NCBI GenBank assembly: GCA_964016885.1
Contig: OZ024741.1
Location: 323,888,001 to 323,952,000, forward strand
Length of the DNA: 64,000 nucleotides
Source: Eledone cirrhosa
Taxonomy: Eukaryota
Reading direction: 5' to 3'
This document shows positions 1-14,500 of the stretch, piece by piece (the stretch's first letter is position 1; every line of letters begins with the position of its first letter). Below the pieces are notes generated by a model. The model was given only the letters and a program-made list of their open reading frames with translations. It had not been told where the DNA came from and did not search any database. The translations under genes and the position numbers were made by a program.

Positions 1-27
1 GAGAAAGTGTCAGAAGAAAAATATGAA

Positions 28-165
28 ACGGCGAATTGGCAGTGTTATTAGAGCATCGGATTAAATGCCTGGGTATTTGTTCCGGCATTCTGAATTCAAA
101 TCCCTCCGAGGTTAACTTTGCCTATCGTCTTTTAGTGTACCAGTCAAGGTATAATGTACTGGTAG
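28..165 (+). mobile_element. tRNA-derived SINE, diverged copy
   Basis: Contains GAATTCAAATCCCTCCGAGGTTAACTTTGCC, the degenerate B box and core shared with about 11 other copies in the window. Confidence 0.75.
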
Positions 166-425
166 AATTGTTAAAGAGAAGAACAAGATGTTTTGCCGTA
201 TTTAATCCAGCTCTGTGTATTTTGAATTAAAATATCATCCTTTATGCTAGGAGCCAGCAAATAATATCAGTAATGGAAAGAACAATGGGAGCATCGATTC
301 AGTGGGCCGATCTGACGATCCATTCTTTCCTTTTTTATTTAACAATTGTTTGTAGCTCTCGTAATTTTCAGTTTGGAATGTAAAACATGCATACATACAA
401 TTTAGGCAGTCGTTTTTATAAGTTA

Positions 426-573
426 CTAGACCACCCATGACCCGTTGGTTCACGTTCACTTCAAAATATTAAAAAAAAAAAATCATGTTCACTTAAAAGT
501 AAGTTTTAAATAATTAAAATATACACAGACATGTATATAATGAGAAATGAAACTGGAAGGCCCATATATATAC

Positions 574-629
<56 letters not shown>

Positions 630-925
630 TTGTATACATATATGTATGTGTGTATATAAATATATATATATGTGTTTGTATACATATATGTATATGTATA
701 TATATATATACATACGGGAGTGTCTGTGATTTATAGGTACCCAGAAAACCCCATATCTCGAGAACCGTACTTCTTTTACGCGAAACTTGTTTTATTCCAT
801 TTGTATTCCTATTTGAGGAGCAACTTCCTTTCAAAGTATTTTGCCATTATACGCCCTTTTGGCTGTATTACATTACAGACAAACAAGCAAGCAATCACAA
901 ACTTTTAGTAATATATAGATATAGA
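426..925 (-). mobile_element. Non-autonomous Helitron-like element, ~500 bp
   Basis: Minus strand starts A|TCTATATCTATATATTACTAAAAG at 925 and ends GGGTCATGGGTGGTCTAG|T at 426, giving TC and CTAG termini in an AT target. Confidence 0.55.
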
Positions 926-1899
926 TGGTTGGTGGACATTATTTAGCACGTGTTTTAGGGTAGTTTCTTAATATTTGATACTGCGGCGGCATAAATTATT
1001 GTTATTTCTCTTCAGTTTCATTGTCCAGCGAACAGTTAACTTTGGGTAATTCCATTATCAGGAGTATGGCAAATATCTTCTTGATAGACAACCACTGTAC
1101 ACAGGTAGTTATTGATTGTCGATTGCAGCCTCTAGTGATATTGTTCATTATTTTTAACATTAGAATAGTTGTTTTTCCTTAATCTCGTTAAAATTGTTGG
1201 CTAGCTCTGAGAAGTTTGGAAATATTCTCAATTTGCCTTTTTAAATTGATGTTTCGCTAAACATGCGACTGTCGTCTATTTCAGATAAGTATAATTGTGA
1301 GTTGTTGATGGTGATGGTAGCAATGATGTCTGCAGTTTCTTTGTTTTTATTATTGTCTTCTATGGCAGATTTTCACTGGTTCTGGATGTCAGTTGAAACA
1401 GATTGTCTTCGCAGAGGCTGCAATAACAAATGTGACAGACATATATCGGACAAGGACTAATATCTGTTTTTGAAGCTATATAACTGAAGTAGTTCACGTT
1501 TGTGTGAATATCAATATATCTTTGAGACTAGTGGTGGCTTTGGTAAAGAATATCAAAGTGGAAATGTATCAGGGAACCAGCAGAGGGGTAGATAAGGTAT
1601 ACCATTTTAATGTTTTAAAGTTACAGTGCCAACAAGATATGTGCAGGTACTGTCTGGATGCTACAATATAGAATGGATACATAAAATTTGTGTACAAGAT
1701 GAGAAACGAGTCAAGTGAGGCCCGATTATGGCATTATATAGTACATTGGGTTGTTCTTGTGTATATGTTCACTTTTGTTTCATAATGTGACTGTACGAGC
1801 TTATACTCAAGTACCAACGAAATCTTACCAAATTAAATATTTTTAATGAATCTAGATTATTCCAAAACTATGCCATTTATGTATTGAGCAAGTGTTCAT

Positions 1900-3300
1900 A
1901 GCACGATAAGAATTTTCAACATTCCTAGTTATGTGATCCACAATTTTTAGATTGAGTAAGAGAAGTTAAATACGATAGACATAGATCTTTATGTAAAATG
2001 TGGACTGTTGAAATACGAGCTCACAAAACCGATTTCATGACATGCGTTTCTTCAGCAAAATACAAAAGAAAAAAAATAGTACTATAATAAACTTGAATTT
2101 GGAACAAACTATCAAAGCAGCTTTTCCCAGTAGCACAATAAAATTGGAACAGCAGTTAGCAGTATTTATAGCTTGTCATGAAAGTATTCGTAGCATCAAT
2201 CATTTAGAAGAACTTATTAATAAAAGTATTGCTTCATCATACATTGCAGCTGATTTGAAACTTCGCAGAACAAAATGTGCGACAAATATAAAATATCATT
2301 GCTTCATCTTTACTGAAAGAACATTTCGTTCTCCTTGGTTTTGGACGAATCAACCGATAGTGCTAGTGAAAAACATCTGTGTGAGCGTTATATATTACAG
2401 TAAACTGGAATATAAAATTTTATCCCAGCTTTTAGGGTTAATTCTTAGTGTCAAACGTCTTCTGATGTGTAGTATCGATTCATGAAAAAGTTATTGAATG
2501 CTATGGGAATTAACGTTAAAAAGTGATTTGAAACTTTACGGGGCTTCAAACCTTTGTGGCAATACTATTTCTCTCTACACGTTAGTGAAATTAGATAATT
2601 CGAAATAAATTCTCGTAAAATGCATTCGCCTCTTTCTCCATTTACGGTTATTCCCTTGCTACTAAATAATTATACTCTAATATTGATTATCTGTTAAGAG
2701 AAACTTATAATTGGTTGTACTGATCAGTACTGTGCAGAGTACATACATGGAATTATCGAAATTAATCAACGTTGGTGAGGAACGACTGACAATGATTTCC
2801 CGTAGTGCCACAAAGTGGTTAGCGAGAAGTAACTGTATATAAATAATTCTAAGCCAGTGAGATGCATTAAAATTATATTTTGTAATGGCATCTTTTAGTC
2901 GCGAGAGGTATAATGCCAAGAAATTGCATACTATTCATTTATGAAATATATTTAACGTTTACAAGACCCGAGGTGGGTAAATTTTAAAAAATAATAATTA
3001 GCTGTTCCCAAAAGAAATGGCGAATAACTGTTGTCTCTCAGATGAATTATGTAGGTTTGTATAGTCTAACCATTCAAACATTCTATATCCTCAATATGTG
3101 AACCTTGAAACTAATTTCGACATTGAATTACATTATCACCTATGTGAAGTAATTGATTTTGAAATGAAGATCTCTAACATTTTGGTCAGTAAGATTAAAG
3201 AAATATTGTACAAATTTGGCGTCAAACCTTTCTGTGACAACCTAGAAATATTAGAGCACGTCAAAAGATTAAAAAATATTTCGTTATAACCATGATTTTC
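1900..3300 (+). pseudogene. Decayed hAT-family transposase (DUF4371/ZNF862-like)
   Basis: LEQQLAVFIACHESIRSINHLEEL...LKLRRTKC, then after a frameshift FSLVLDESTDSASEKHL and SVIYYSK...LLGLI; many stops. Confidence 0.65.
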
Positions 3301-4118
3301 CAGCTATGTAGATGATCACTGACAAAATAAGGATTGAAAGAAGTTTGGCTGATCTCAATTTTTCTATCTTCTATTATAATCGTATAAAAACTCCTAAATA
3401 TTTACATATGTTTATACACAAAGGATTGGCTAGAAGAATAATTAAATAAATAGATATAGAGATAGAGAGAGATAAAAAGAGAAAGGGGGAGAATGAGGTA
3501 TTATTTAAAGCTGAAATATTTTGAGGTGTAATCCTGAACTTGAGATACCCGATTGGTCAAAAGATTGAAGTATGTTAACAATATGACAATATGACACTAT
3601 GTAAGCAAAATTATTCGTAAAAGCTTCCAAATGTATTGATTGCTGACACAAAAAAAACAAAAAAAAACTGAAAATTGTGTCATATTATTTCTTTACTACC
3701 ATGCATTGAATACGATGTATATTGATTTATGCACCTGGAAATACGTCATGCATTTATCTTTATAGTACAGTGTGTAACTAACAGTTGTGAGAATGGGAAA
3801 TGGGTCGTGTTGATGAAGATTTAATGATACTGGCTAACGGAGAAAGCTTGATAATCGACAATCACGCACACTTTCCTATATCGACAAATCCACACACACA
3901 TATATGCACAAATTTTCTTCTTCTGCTTCGCTCAATTATTTCTGAATGGATCGTGGGGGCAGGCTCCTCAAACACTCCTTCCAGATCAGTGAAGCTCATA
4001 GATGTTATCCTATATAAACACACACACACATATATATTTGTAGTACAGATTAGAAGTTTAAGTAATGAACGGGATCTTCCAAACTGTAATCAGTGCTAAT
4101 AAATATTTGCACTACGGG

Positions 4119-4158
<40 letters not shown>

Positions 4159-4233
4159 GAGAGAGAGAGCGGTAGTACACTGGAATGTAATATCCGTAGT
4201 GGTAGAGCACTCAGTTCATGGGACGAGTTAGGT

Positions 4234-4330
4234 AGAAGTGGTTACACAACAGTTAGTTCACCATACCGGACCCGCTAAGGTGAAACAGTTGTTCTCGGTA
4301 TGGTGAACTAACTGTTGTGTAACCACTTCT
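4234..4330. repeat. Perfect 35-bp-arm inverted repeat between (TA)/(GA) tracts
   Basis: Arms 4234-4268 and 4296-4330 are exact reverse complements. Confidence 0.9.
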
Positions 4331-4829
4331 GTGTATATATATATATATACATACATAACTTGATAAGGGTTATATATATATATATATATGTATATACATA
4401 TATATATATTTAGAGAGAGATACGTGAGTTTCATTTCACGTTGATTTTCGTGATAGGACTAGGCCTTCTACCATTAAAACACACGAGAAACATCCTATGA
4501 TGTTAAATACAAAAAACAAAAAACTGTTAAACGTTATTTATAATAACAACTTAATAAAAACCGAAGGTTCGAATTTCGCACAAGCAACGGGGCTTCCCCT
4601 TCTAAAAATGATAAAAGCCCCAATGGATATTTACAAAACGTTAAAAGACACTTTTAAAAAGCACGTGGGGCCCCCCTACGTCAGACCCATTAACCGTGTC
4701 CTCCTAACCCCCTCCTCCCACCAGACACCCACACAACTCCAAACACCCCAACCCCACGACACACTGATGCCCCTACACTTCTACAACCCCCCCCCCCACC
4801 CAACAACCCACCCCCACCCCCATGGAAAT

Positions 4830-7800
4830 TGTGCGGCCCGGTCCCCGAGACGCAGAGAGGTCAACGCGGCCGGACTTCTTCCATCGTCTGGAGACTTTTA
4901 GTGGGGGACTGGAATGGTATCCTAGATGCACGTTGGGACTATGTAGGGGCATGTCCTGATGGAGGGGGTTGTAACAGCCTCAAGAGGTTAATCGGCCGAT
5001 TCGACCTGGCCGATAGATATCGACTAGATTTTCCGACTGTGCCAACCTGGACTTGGAGAAACAATAGCGGTCAATCTAGATCGTACCTAGATAGGTTCTT
5101 AGTTAGAAATAATGATAGGGACTTTAAGTTGTCCAAAAATGCTCATGGTTGGCTATTCAGACCACAAGTTAGTGACCTCCATGGTCAACCTTGATAGAAC
5201 GCATAGACATGGACCCGGTTACTGGAAGCTCAATTTGTCCTTACCGGCAAGTAAAGCTTACAGGAACCGGATTAGTACATTAGTTAAGGAGCGGTTGACG
5301 GGCGCCATCGTCAACGGGAGGTGGTGGGGCTCTCTCAAAAGAGAGATTAGAGAAGCTTCAATAGGAGTTAGTATTGAGTTAGCCTCAGATAGAAATAGGA
5401 AGGAAAGGGAGTTGGTAGATAGTGTAGAAGAGGCAATTAGAAGCGGCGACGTAGCCAGAGTGTTAACGTCGAGAACGGCCTTGGGCCAGTTCTTCGACAG
5501 GAAACACGAAGGCTGCGTTGTCCGAAGCAAATTACCTGCTCTGGGAAACGAGGGGACCAAAGCTGTTAGCTGGGCCCGCGTAACAGAAGCCAAATGTGGG
5601 ACTAGATCCACTATCCGGTCTTTGCGAAACCAGGATGGACGGGTCGTCCTTGAACCTAAGCAGATGTGCGAGGCCTTTCAAAGGCACTTTGCCCGATTGT
5701 TCGGAAGGGACGAGGGGCCGGATGGGGATGTCGACCTCGGTCCATACCTCGACGGCCTGCCGCGTCTTTCGGACGAGGGGGCGAAGTCCTGCGATAGGCC
5801 GATCTCAGCTGCTGAAATAGGGGACGTGCTGAGCCAATGCGGCCGACGCAAATCTCCGGGCTTCGATGGTCTTCCATACGAACTGTATTTCAGTATGTCG
5901 GACTTGTTCTTCAATCTCCTCGAAGCGGGCTCATGCAACTGGCAACAGAACGGGAGAATTCCCTGTTCTGTGACCAAGGGCGTAGTCTCGCTAGTGAGGA
6001 AGGACGAGAACAAGGGGGATGAAATAAGTAAATGCAGAGTTAAAGATTTTGGCCAAGGTGTTAGCAAAGAGGTTGGTGCTTGTCGTGGGCAACCTGGTGG
6101 GAGATGCGCAGACATGCGCCATCCCGTCCAGGTCCATTCACGACAACCTCCATCTCATGCGATACACCATAGAGATGGTTGGGAACGAACACGTCTTTGG
6201 TGGGGCCCTGATCAACTTGGATCAATCTAAAGCGTTCGATAGGGTCGACCATCGTTACCTGGATGCGGTGCTAGTGGCGGCAGGTTTCGGACCCGTTTTC
6301 AGGGACTGGATCACTGCCATGCACAGCAGCCGCATCTGCTCTAGGGTCAAGGTAAACGGCTACCTCTCGGAGCCGTTCGAAATCACGCGGTCCATCCGAC
6401 ATGGATGCCCTCTCTTACCCCTTCTGTATATATTGGCCCTAGAGCCACTGCTGCGGAAGTTGGGAAGTTGGAGTTGTTACAGGGCATGCCTTTGGAACCG
6501 GGATTGCGGAAAGCGGTGTCGGCCTACGCCGATGACGTGACATTAATGGTGCCAACCGCCTCGGAAATCGGAGTGATCGGCACCTTACTGGAGGAATACG
6601 AAACGTTTACAGGGGCTAAGCTGAACCGAGACAAGACAGTCGGTTTGCAACTCGGCGAGTGGAGGGGTAAACCGATGGCCTCCAAAGGCGTCGTCGGACA
6701 TTGGACGGAGGGCCCGGTGAAGTTGCTCGGGGTCTGGTTCGGGCTAGACCTCCAGGTGGAGAAGAACTGGGTGAGGTATCGAACAGGGTGTTTGCGCTGA
6801 CGTGGAAGTGGGCTGAGGGCAAACTATCCCTGAGAGTTCGGGCGGAGGTGGCGAACGCTTATATAGCGTCCGTCATCTATTACCGTCTGACCGTCGTGCC
6901 TTGCCCAAGGGAAACGCTCACCAAATTGGAGCGCGCACTCTTCCAATTCCTTTGGAAGAAGCAGGCTCCTTTGGTGAGGAGATCCATCTGCTGTCAACAC
7001 CCTTCGAAAGGAGGGCTGGGGATGCCGTTGTTGTTGATGCGTAACCACGCATTAAGGCTACGGCACCTCCAGGTATTCCTCACCGGTCAACTGGTGTGGG
7101 CCCCGTTTGTGAGGCGAGCCTTTCCGAGACTCGTCTCGCTCACCGAGCTGCAGTCCTGGGTCAAGCAAAGACCGAGAAAACTGGGCGCCTGGCACACCGA
7201 GTGTACCCAGGCGCTCACGGCTCTCTGGCAGGCGGACCCGGCTATCGGTGGAGACTCCACCTCGTCATTCTATAGAGGGCTGGTGGTTAGTAGGTGCGAC
7301 GACGCCCTCGGACAAGCCCTAGGCATGGAGGAAGACGAACTGGCCAGCCTATTCGGGAGGACATTTGGCCGGGACCTATGGACAACTTCCAGAAGTCCCT
7401 GGCCTGGCAGTGCTACAGAGGGGCGCTGCCCGTTCGAGAAAAGCTCTACAGACACGGGCGCCCGGGTAGGGACCTCTCGAAAAGAATCTGTCCCAGATGT
7501 GTGCGCGACGAGGAAACCGTTGCGCACGCATTGGTACACTGCTCGGGCGTTGCCGATCTGTGGGGCTCTGTCGAACGACTGCTGTCACGGGTGGGACCAA
7601 TCCGGTTGACCACTGAGTCCATTGTAACGATCAAGCCGGCTCCCCCCTTCAAAAATGAAGGAGAGGCGGTCTTCCTCTGTGTAATAACCATGGTGAAAGA
7701 GGTGGTATGGTGGACACGTTAGAAAGGGCTGAGGTTGGACACCTTTCTCTCCGGCCAACAACTGGTCCTTTTCTTTAAATACCATTTTAAGAGAAGGATC

Positions 7801-8130
7801 AGAATGGAGAGAGAGGTGCTCTATCCCAGCAAGTTTTATGAAAGGTGGGTGAAAGTAGCGAGAATGGCCCGTGTGAATGGGCCTTTCTCTCTTTATCAGC
7901 CTGTAGGTGGAAAGCTGGAAGTGCAAAGGAGCACCCCCTCTCTGTGCTCCTAAGGAAAAGGGTTACACACTTTTTCGGGTGTGTGTGTAACCCCCAAAAC
8001 GCCTCCTCCTATTGAGGACTGTATTGTTAATTTTATATTTGTTATTTGTTTTTTTTACTCGTTCCTTTATGTAAACTCCCCCCTTGTATTTGTCCCCTTC
8101 TTTTGTGCCCTCGTGGCAAATAAATAGAAA
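4830..8130 (+). mobile_element. 5'-truncated Tx1/L1-clade non-LTR retrotransposon ORF2 (APE, RT, zinc finger), frameshifted
   Basis: APE motifs LVGDWNG, SYLDRFLV, SDHKLV; GPGYWKLN; RT motifs KSPGFDGLPYELY, LDQSKAFDRVDH, IRHGCPLLPLLY, AYADDVT; CPRC...ETVAHALVHC; AATAAA followed by a (TATC)n tail. Confidence 0.93.
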
Positions 8131-8156
8131 CTTATCTATCTATCTATCTATCTATT

Positions 8157-8845
8157 AGTGCCCAGGGGTGACCGACCTGTGCAATTATGTCGAACAGCTA
8201 CTGTCACGTGTGGGACACATCCAGTTGTCAGTCGAGTCCATCGCGAGGATCACCCCGCCGCCTTCATTTAAGAATGAAGGAGAGGTGGTCTTCCTCTGTC
8301 TGGTGGTTATGGCGAAAGAGGTAGTAGGGCGGACGAGGTTAAAAGGACTGAGGGAAAACACATTTCTCTCCGGACAACAACTTATCCCCTTCTTTAAGTA
8401 CCACTTCAGAAGGAAGGTGAGAGTGGAGAGAGAGGTGCTACACCCCAGTAAATTCGCTGAAAGGTGGGTGAATGTAACGAAAATGGCCCGAGTGAATGGG
8501 CCTTCTCTGTATATAAACCTGTAAGTTGAGGAAGATAAACAGGGAAGACGGGAACACCTACAAAACGTGTTCCTGGTGTTGAGGGTTGTTCTATCCACGG
8601 GGTGTAAAACAACCCCGCAGTAGCGTCCCCCCCTCCCCTAATGGGGATTTCAGTTGTTTTATTTTTATATAGTTTATTGTTATTTATCATTGTTAAAGAT
8701 TTTATGTAAAACCCCCGCCGTCACGTCTTTGTACGCCCCATTTTTGTACGCCCCATTTGTAATGCCCCATTTTTGTACGCCCCTGTGGCATATAAAGAAA
8801 GATATCTATCTATCAATCCACCTATCAATCTATCTATCTATCCAT
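8157..8845 (+). mobile_element. Second, truncated 3' end of a related Tx1-like LINE
   Basis: ORF 8168-8524 repeats the C-terminus of the first copy (PPPSFKNEGEVVFLC...FLSGQQL...ERWVNV..MARVNGP); (TATC)n tail. Confidence 0.85.
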
Positions 8846-9170
8846 CAAGTTTTATGAAAGGTGGGTGAAAGTGGCGAGAATGGCCCGAGTGAATGGGCCT
8901 TCTCGCCAGGAAAAGGAGGAGGAGAGGAAAGGAGTACAAACTCTTCGTACTCCTGGAGATGAGGGTTGCACATTTTTTCGGGGGTATGTGTTACCCATAT
9001 AAACTGTCTCCCCCTATTGGGAAAATCGACTAATTTTTTAAATTGCATTTGTGATAACATTTTACACGTTTTTATTGTATGTAAACTTCCCCCTTTGTAT
9101 TTGTCCCCTTGTTTTGTGTCCCTGTGGCTAATAAAGAAACATATCTATCTATCCATTTATCTATCTTTCT
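8846..9170 (+). mobile_element. Third short 3' fragment of the Tx1-like LINE
   Basis: CAAGTTTTATGAAAGGTGGGTGAAAGT...GAATGGGCCTT and the 3'UTR match 7830-8130. Confidence 0.85.
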
Positions 9171-9384
9171 CTCTCTCTCTCTATTTATATAACAAACTGA
9201 GCTTAGTAATTGAATTTTGTAGAAACTATAAACTGATATTTTTTAAATTAAAAACGACAACCCTTAAATTGAAGCAATTTTCAGTTATAGCCTCATTGTG
9301 AATATTGATGTATATTGCTATTACTATGGTAGGCAACAATAGCAATTCTATAACTCCATCCAGTATACACACACACACACACAT

Positions 9385-9458
<74 letters not shown>

Positions 9459-10212
9459 ATATATATATGTATCTGTATATGTACATATATACGCACACTC
9501 ACACTCATACGCGTGTGCGTATATATACATACAAGAGGTGACGGCGGGTGTTTTACATAAAATCTATATATACGTATAATGCAAATAAATCCACCATTGT
9601 ATATCTAAATAATTCAACAATGGCACAACGGGAAAAACATAAATTAACATAATTTAAATACACACTACCTATTCATACAACCATACACGTAGGAATACAC
9701 ATACACTACACACATACTACACACAAACACGTTCATACATATATATGCCCAACACTACACATACGCACATATTACACAGCCATGCATAATATACACATGC
9801 ACAGCCATCGATAAATACATACACAACACACACGTAACAAAGAAATCGCAGATACACAGAACACACACTATTCACACATCACATACACATATATCCACAC
9901 GTAAACACACGACACGTATATACACACTCCAAACACACACACACATCACACATACATGCAGCCACATACATTATGCACACAGACAGAGCCACATACATAA
10001 ACACACAGCGCACATAACAATGTATACACGGCCAGACACACGCCCGTCTACAGAAATTACACACATACACACCACAAACGCTCGACTACGCGTACACCAC
10101 ACACACACACACACACATATCACAGCCATGTCATGTATTGTGTTATGCTGTATCTCCATCAAAATTACGTTTAGGGTACACTTGGTTGTGGAATACTCAA
10201 CCACTTCCAACT

Positions 10213-10497
10213 AGAATAGTCATCCATTGGAGGTAACACTGATTAGGGGGACTAGATAGGGGGACTAATGACTTAACTAAATTTAATCCAACAACTGGAT
10301 CCCTCCTCGTCGAAACCGACGGAGATCCAAGTGCACAAACAAACACATACACATATACACTCCAACACACACGCGAGCACTCGGAGAGAACACGCAGACG
10401 CAACACAAAATATATTTACACATACACAGATCACACAGACACACACTGAAAACAGTATACACGCACACACGGAACACACAGACACATACACAACACA

Positions 10498-10561
<64 letters not shown>

Positions 10562-10775
10562 GCGCGCGCGCAGATACAACACGATATAACAACATAAACA
10601 CTCAAAATAAAACACACAATATACATACCAACGCATACAGTCACACATACATTCATACACTTATACACAACATAACATACTCACACACACACATGCACAC
10701 ACACATCCAAACCAATTACACTCACATGCGCAGTGACACAACGAAATACACATACATCACATGACAGCCTGGCGA
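10213..10775. repeat. Dispersed ~520-560 bp repeat, duplicated at 28276-28795
   Basis: GAATAGTCATCCATTGGAGGTAACACTGATTAGGGGGACTAG through CACATGACAGCCTG is near-identical at both loci. Confidence 0.85.
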
Positions 10776-11162
10776 CCTTCTCTTTTACATACACCGAAAT
10801 AATATATATGTGAAAACAACAAATATTAAATATTGAATATTTGTTTCCTTTGCTAAGATTGATAAAATTTCCCACAGCAATAATCCTGCTTATTCTACTC
10901 ATTACTTAACCAAACGCTAGAGAGTAGTTCAAGGCTAGAAGAAATCACAGCAATTAATTTTAAATTTTATGTGTATGCGTGTATATATATATATTTATAT
11001 GTACATATAAATGTATTTCATATAAATATGAAAATATATATGTTGCACACATACATTTACATATATGTATAAATATTTCAATATATATGTATAAATATAT
11101 ATATGTATAAATCTAAACTATAATAAACGTTTGTAAAATAAGTTGGATTACTTTGAATAAAA

Positions 11163-11330
11163 AATTGTTTCTACTTTTGGCACAATGCCAGCAATTATCC
11201 CAGTGTATTACTGGTACTTTATTTACCGACCCCGTAGGGATAAAAGGCAAAGTTAACCTCGGCGGGATTTGAACTCAGGTCGTAAAGGGACGTAACTATG
11301 CTGGAAAGCATGTCCTACCCTCTACCGGAA
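11163..11330 (-). mobile_element. tRNA-derived SINE
   Basis: Reverse complement of the family core (AAAGGCAAAGTTAACCTCGGCGGGATTTGAACTC). Confidence 0.9.
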
Positions 11331-11577
11331 TGAATATTACATAATTTATGTACTAAATTTCGTGAAAATAAATAATTTCAAATTGACTTCTTTTCAAAGT
11401 TGCACTTCCGGTATATTGTCGGCACCACCACCACCACTTCAACTACCATATATATATAGAAAGAGAGAGTTTGTGATGAGAGAGATAGAGAGATTATGAT
11501 TTTCTACACCTAACGCGTATGATTGTGCATATACATACATATTTATGAGTATATAACTATTATGAGTACGGTATATA

Positions 11578-14500
11578 TCTATATATTAATTTCAACAATG
11601 TCATTATTCCGTGTGTCATAATTCTCGATTATCATTGGTTCATAGGTTTCTAACGACTCCGTCCACCTCAACGACGCCAAACTGAAATTAATATGCATAA
11701 TGCCAATGAGGGAGTGAGAGGGGAGAGTGTGAACGCTGTGTTTGATACACTATGTATATGTGTCTGTGTAGAGACATGTGTGTGTGTGATGTGTGTGGAA
11801 ATAAGAGGGGAAGGAAAGCAATAACTATTAACATGTGTATGTACGTGCGCGTATGTTTATGTGTGTGTGTGTGTGTGCGTGCGTGCAGCGTTCCACAGAA
11901 AGTAAAAACTATCAACATGTGTGAGTGTGTGAGTGTGTAAGTGTGTAAGTTTGCGTGCGTGTGCGCATTTCCATGCGTGTATGTGTGTGGCATTCCACAA
12001 TCGCCACGCAGTTTATCTGTCTGTGTGCCTGTCTGTCAGTCTAACATACACAGAGTTGTGAAGGGAGTAAATAGGGACCTTTTTTTTACATTGACAGACA
12101 TCTTTTATATTTATTATTGTGTCATTTTTTGACAATTGCTCGAAATGAATACTGATAATAAAAGCAATTCGACTTTATCAAACAGTGAACTACAGCGGCG
12201 ACGGCGTGCAGCCAGCAATGAAGAAAAACGGGCCGAATAGCGCCATCGGAACGCTGAACTTCAGAGGCGAAGACGTGCCGCCATGAATGAAGAGGAGCTG
12301 GCTGAACAACGCCAGTGCAATACAGAAGTTCAGAGAATGTGTCGCCAAAGTGCTCCTCGTTCCAGTAAAGAAGCTAGAAGGCGAACGGATGATATTAAAA
12401 ATGGATCATGGCAACCGTGTTATTTTCAGATTGGTGGACGAGCAGAGTGCCCACATTGTGGAGCATTGCCTTGGAGGAATGATAAGACGTGGACCACAAT
12501 GTGCTGTCATAAAGGAGCAGTTCTACTGGAACCCTTGCGAATGCCCTGATGATGAGAGTCACCGGAGTTTAAAATACTAAGTATGTGGAGTGATCAAGGA
12601 GACCGAGGTAGATTACTGCGCAAATATTCGCGACAAATTAACAATTCATTAGCTATAGCATCGCAGAGAGTTAGTGAAATGTTTGAGAGTGGAGCATGGC
12701 AACCGAATGTAGTCATTCAAGGCCGTTTGTATCATTGTATCGGTAATTTAGAAGTTACCCCAGGAGAGAGGCCTTGATTCGCTCAAATTTACGTTAACGA
12801 TCCAGATTATAGTGAATCGGAGGAGGATATCAGGATCGGTTGGAGGAAGTTGCCGGGAAATATAACTGAACTTGAACGGCAAAGGTTAAGTGATTTGCAA
12901 TCATGGCTTAGACAGTGTAATCCTTATGTTATGGATTTCATGTTGGTGGCTGAACTGCAAAATGTTCAGCAGCAAACATTGGTGATTAAGGCTGACGCAG
13001 TGCCAAGGAATCAACACGAGGAATCAACACGAAGGATTTCGTGAAGTTGCTGAGTTGATGGACGATAAGCCTGGATCGAGAGATATCGTCCTCAATCGCA
13101 GAGATGGTGGTCTCAAGACTATCAATGAGTCAAATATGGCATACGACCCATTGCATTATGTTCTTTTATTCCCAAAAGGTGAAAATGGATGGAACATGTC
13201 TGTTCATTTAGATGATCATGAGAATCAGCATCAACAGCGAGGCGGCAATAGACACAATAATTCGATTCGCGACTTTTACGCGTTCCATTTGAACGAGAGG
13301 AATCAACAGAGAAATGCGCTATTTCAAGCCAGCAGATTGTTCCAGGAATACTGTTGTATGGAATTCGCAAAGATCTAAAATCAAAGGCTAAATTATATAG
13401 CTAGACATCAGCAACATATCAGAGCTGAATTGTATAATAATATACAGGATGCGATAACAGCCGATGATGCCAATTACAAGCAAATTGGTCGACGCATCAT
13501 TTTGCCATCGTCGTTCATCGGCGGCCCGAGATATATGAACATTCGCTATCAGGATGCTATGGCTATTGTCACAAAGTTTGGAAAGCCAGATTTGTTTATA
13601 ACGGTTACATGCAATCCTGAATGGACTGATATTAAGGATGCACTTTTGCCAGGACAACAGCCAAAGGACCGTCCCGATATTGTGGCAAGAGTATTCAAAG
13701 GATATCTGAAAAAGATAATGGATGATGTGGAAAAAGAGGGAATCTTTGGAGGTATAGTTTCTTTTACATACGTAATTGAATTCCCAAAAAGAGGATTGCC
13801 ACATGCACATTTGCTGATCATTTTACATAGATATTGCAAATTGAGATGTGCTGAGGATGTAGACAGCGTCGTGTGTGCTGGACTGCCGGAGAATGAGGCA
13901 CTACGCAACTTGGTGGCAAAGTCAATGGTGCACAACCAATGCGGATTGGCAAATCGGAAAGCGCCTTGCATGAAAAATGGCCAATGCAGTAAGCACTTTC
14001 CGAAATCTTTTGTCACGAACACTTGCTGGAACGATGGGGATGCTCATCCTTCATACAGAAGACGGTCGCCTGCAGATGGCGGTTTGGTCGAAAATGTAAA
14101 CGGTCGACAGGTTTCAAATCAATGGGTTGTGCCATACAATCCATATTTGATTATGAAATATCGTTGTCATATTAATGTGGAAATTTGTAGCTCAGTGAAA
14201 GCTTGCAAATATCTATTCAAATATGTTTATAAAGGTCATGATCGGGCAATAATCAATGTCAGGAATGAGGAAGCGAACCAAGGAGATGAAGTTGGCAGGT
14301 TCCAGGATGTTCGCTCGATTGGATCTAGCGAAGCTTGCTGGAGATTGTTCGATTTTGATCTCAATGAACGCAAACCCAGCCTTCAGAAACTGACGGTTCA
14401 CTTAGAGAATAGGCAAATGGTCTGTTTTCAGGACACTAGAAGAGGTGTCGAAAGAATGGCTAACGTACCATGTCCTAAGACGGAATTGACTGAGTGCTTC

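Noticed and set aside
12546-12560. CTGATGA hammerhead core (also at 14932 and 34332)
   Set aside because: No pairing stem II, GAAA or stem I; these are chance matches.
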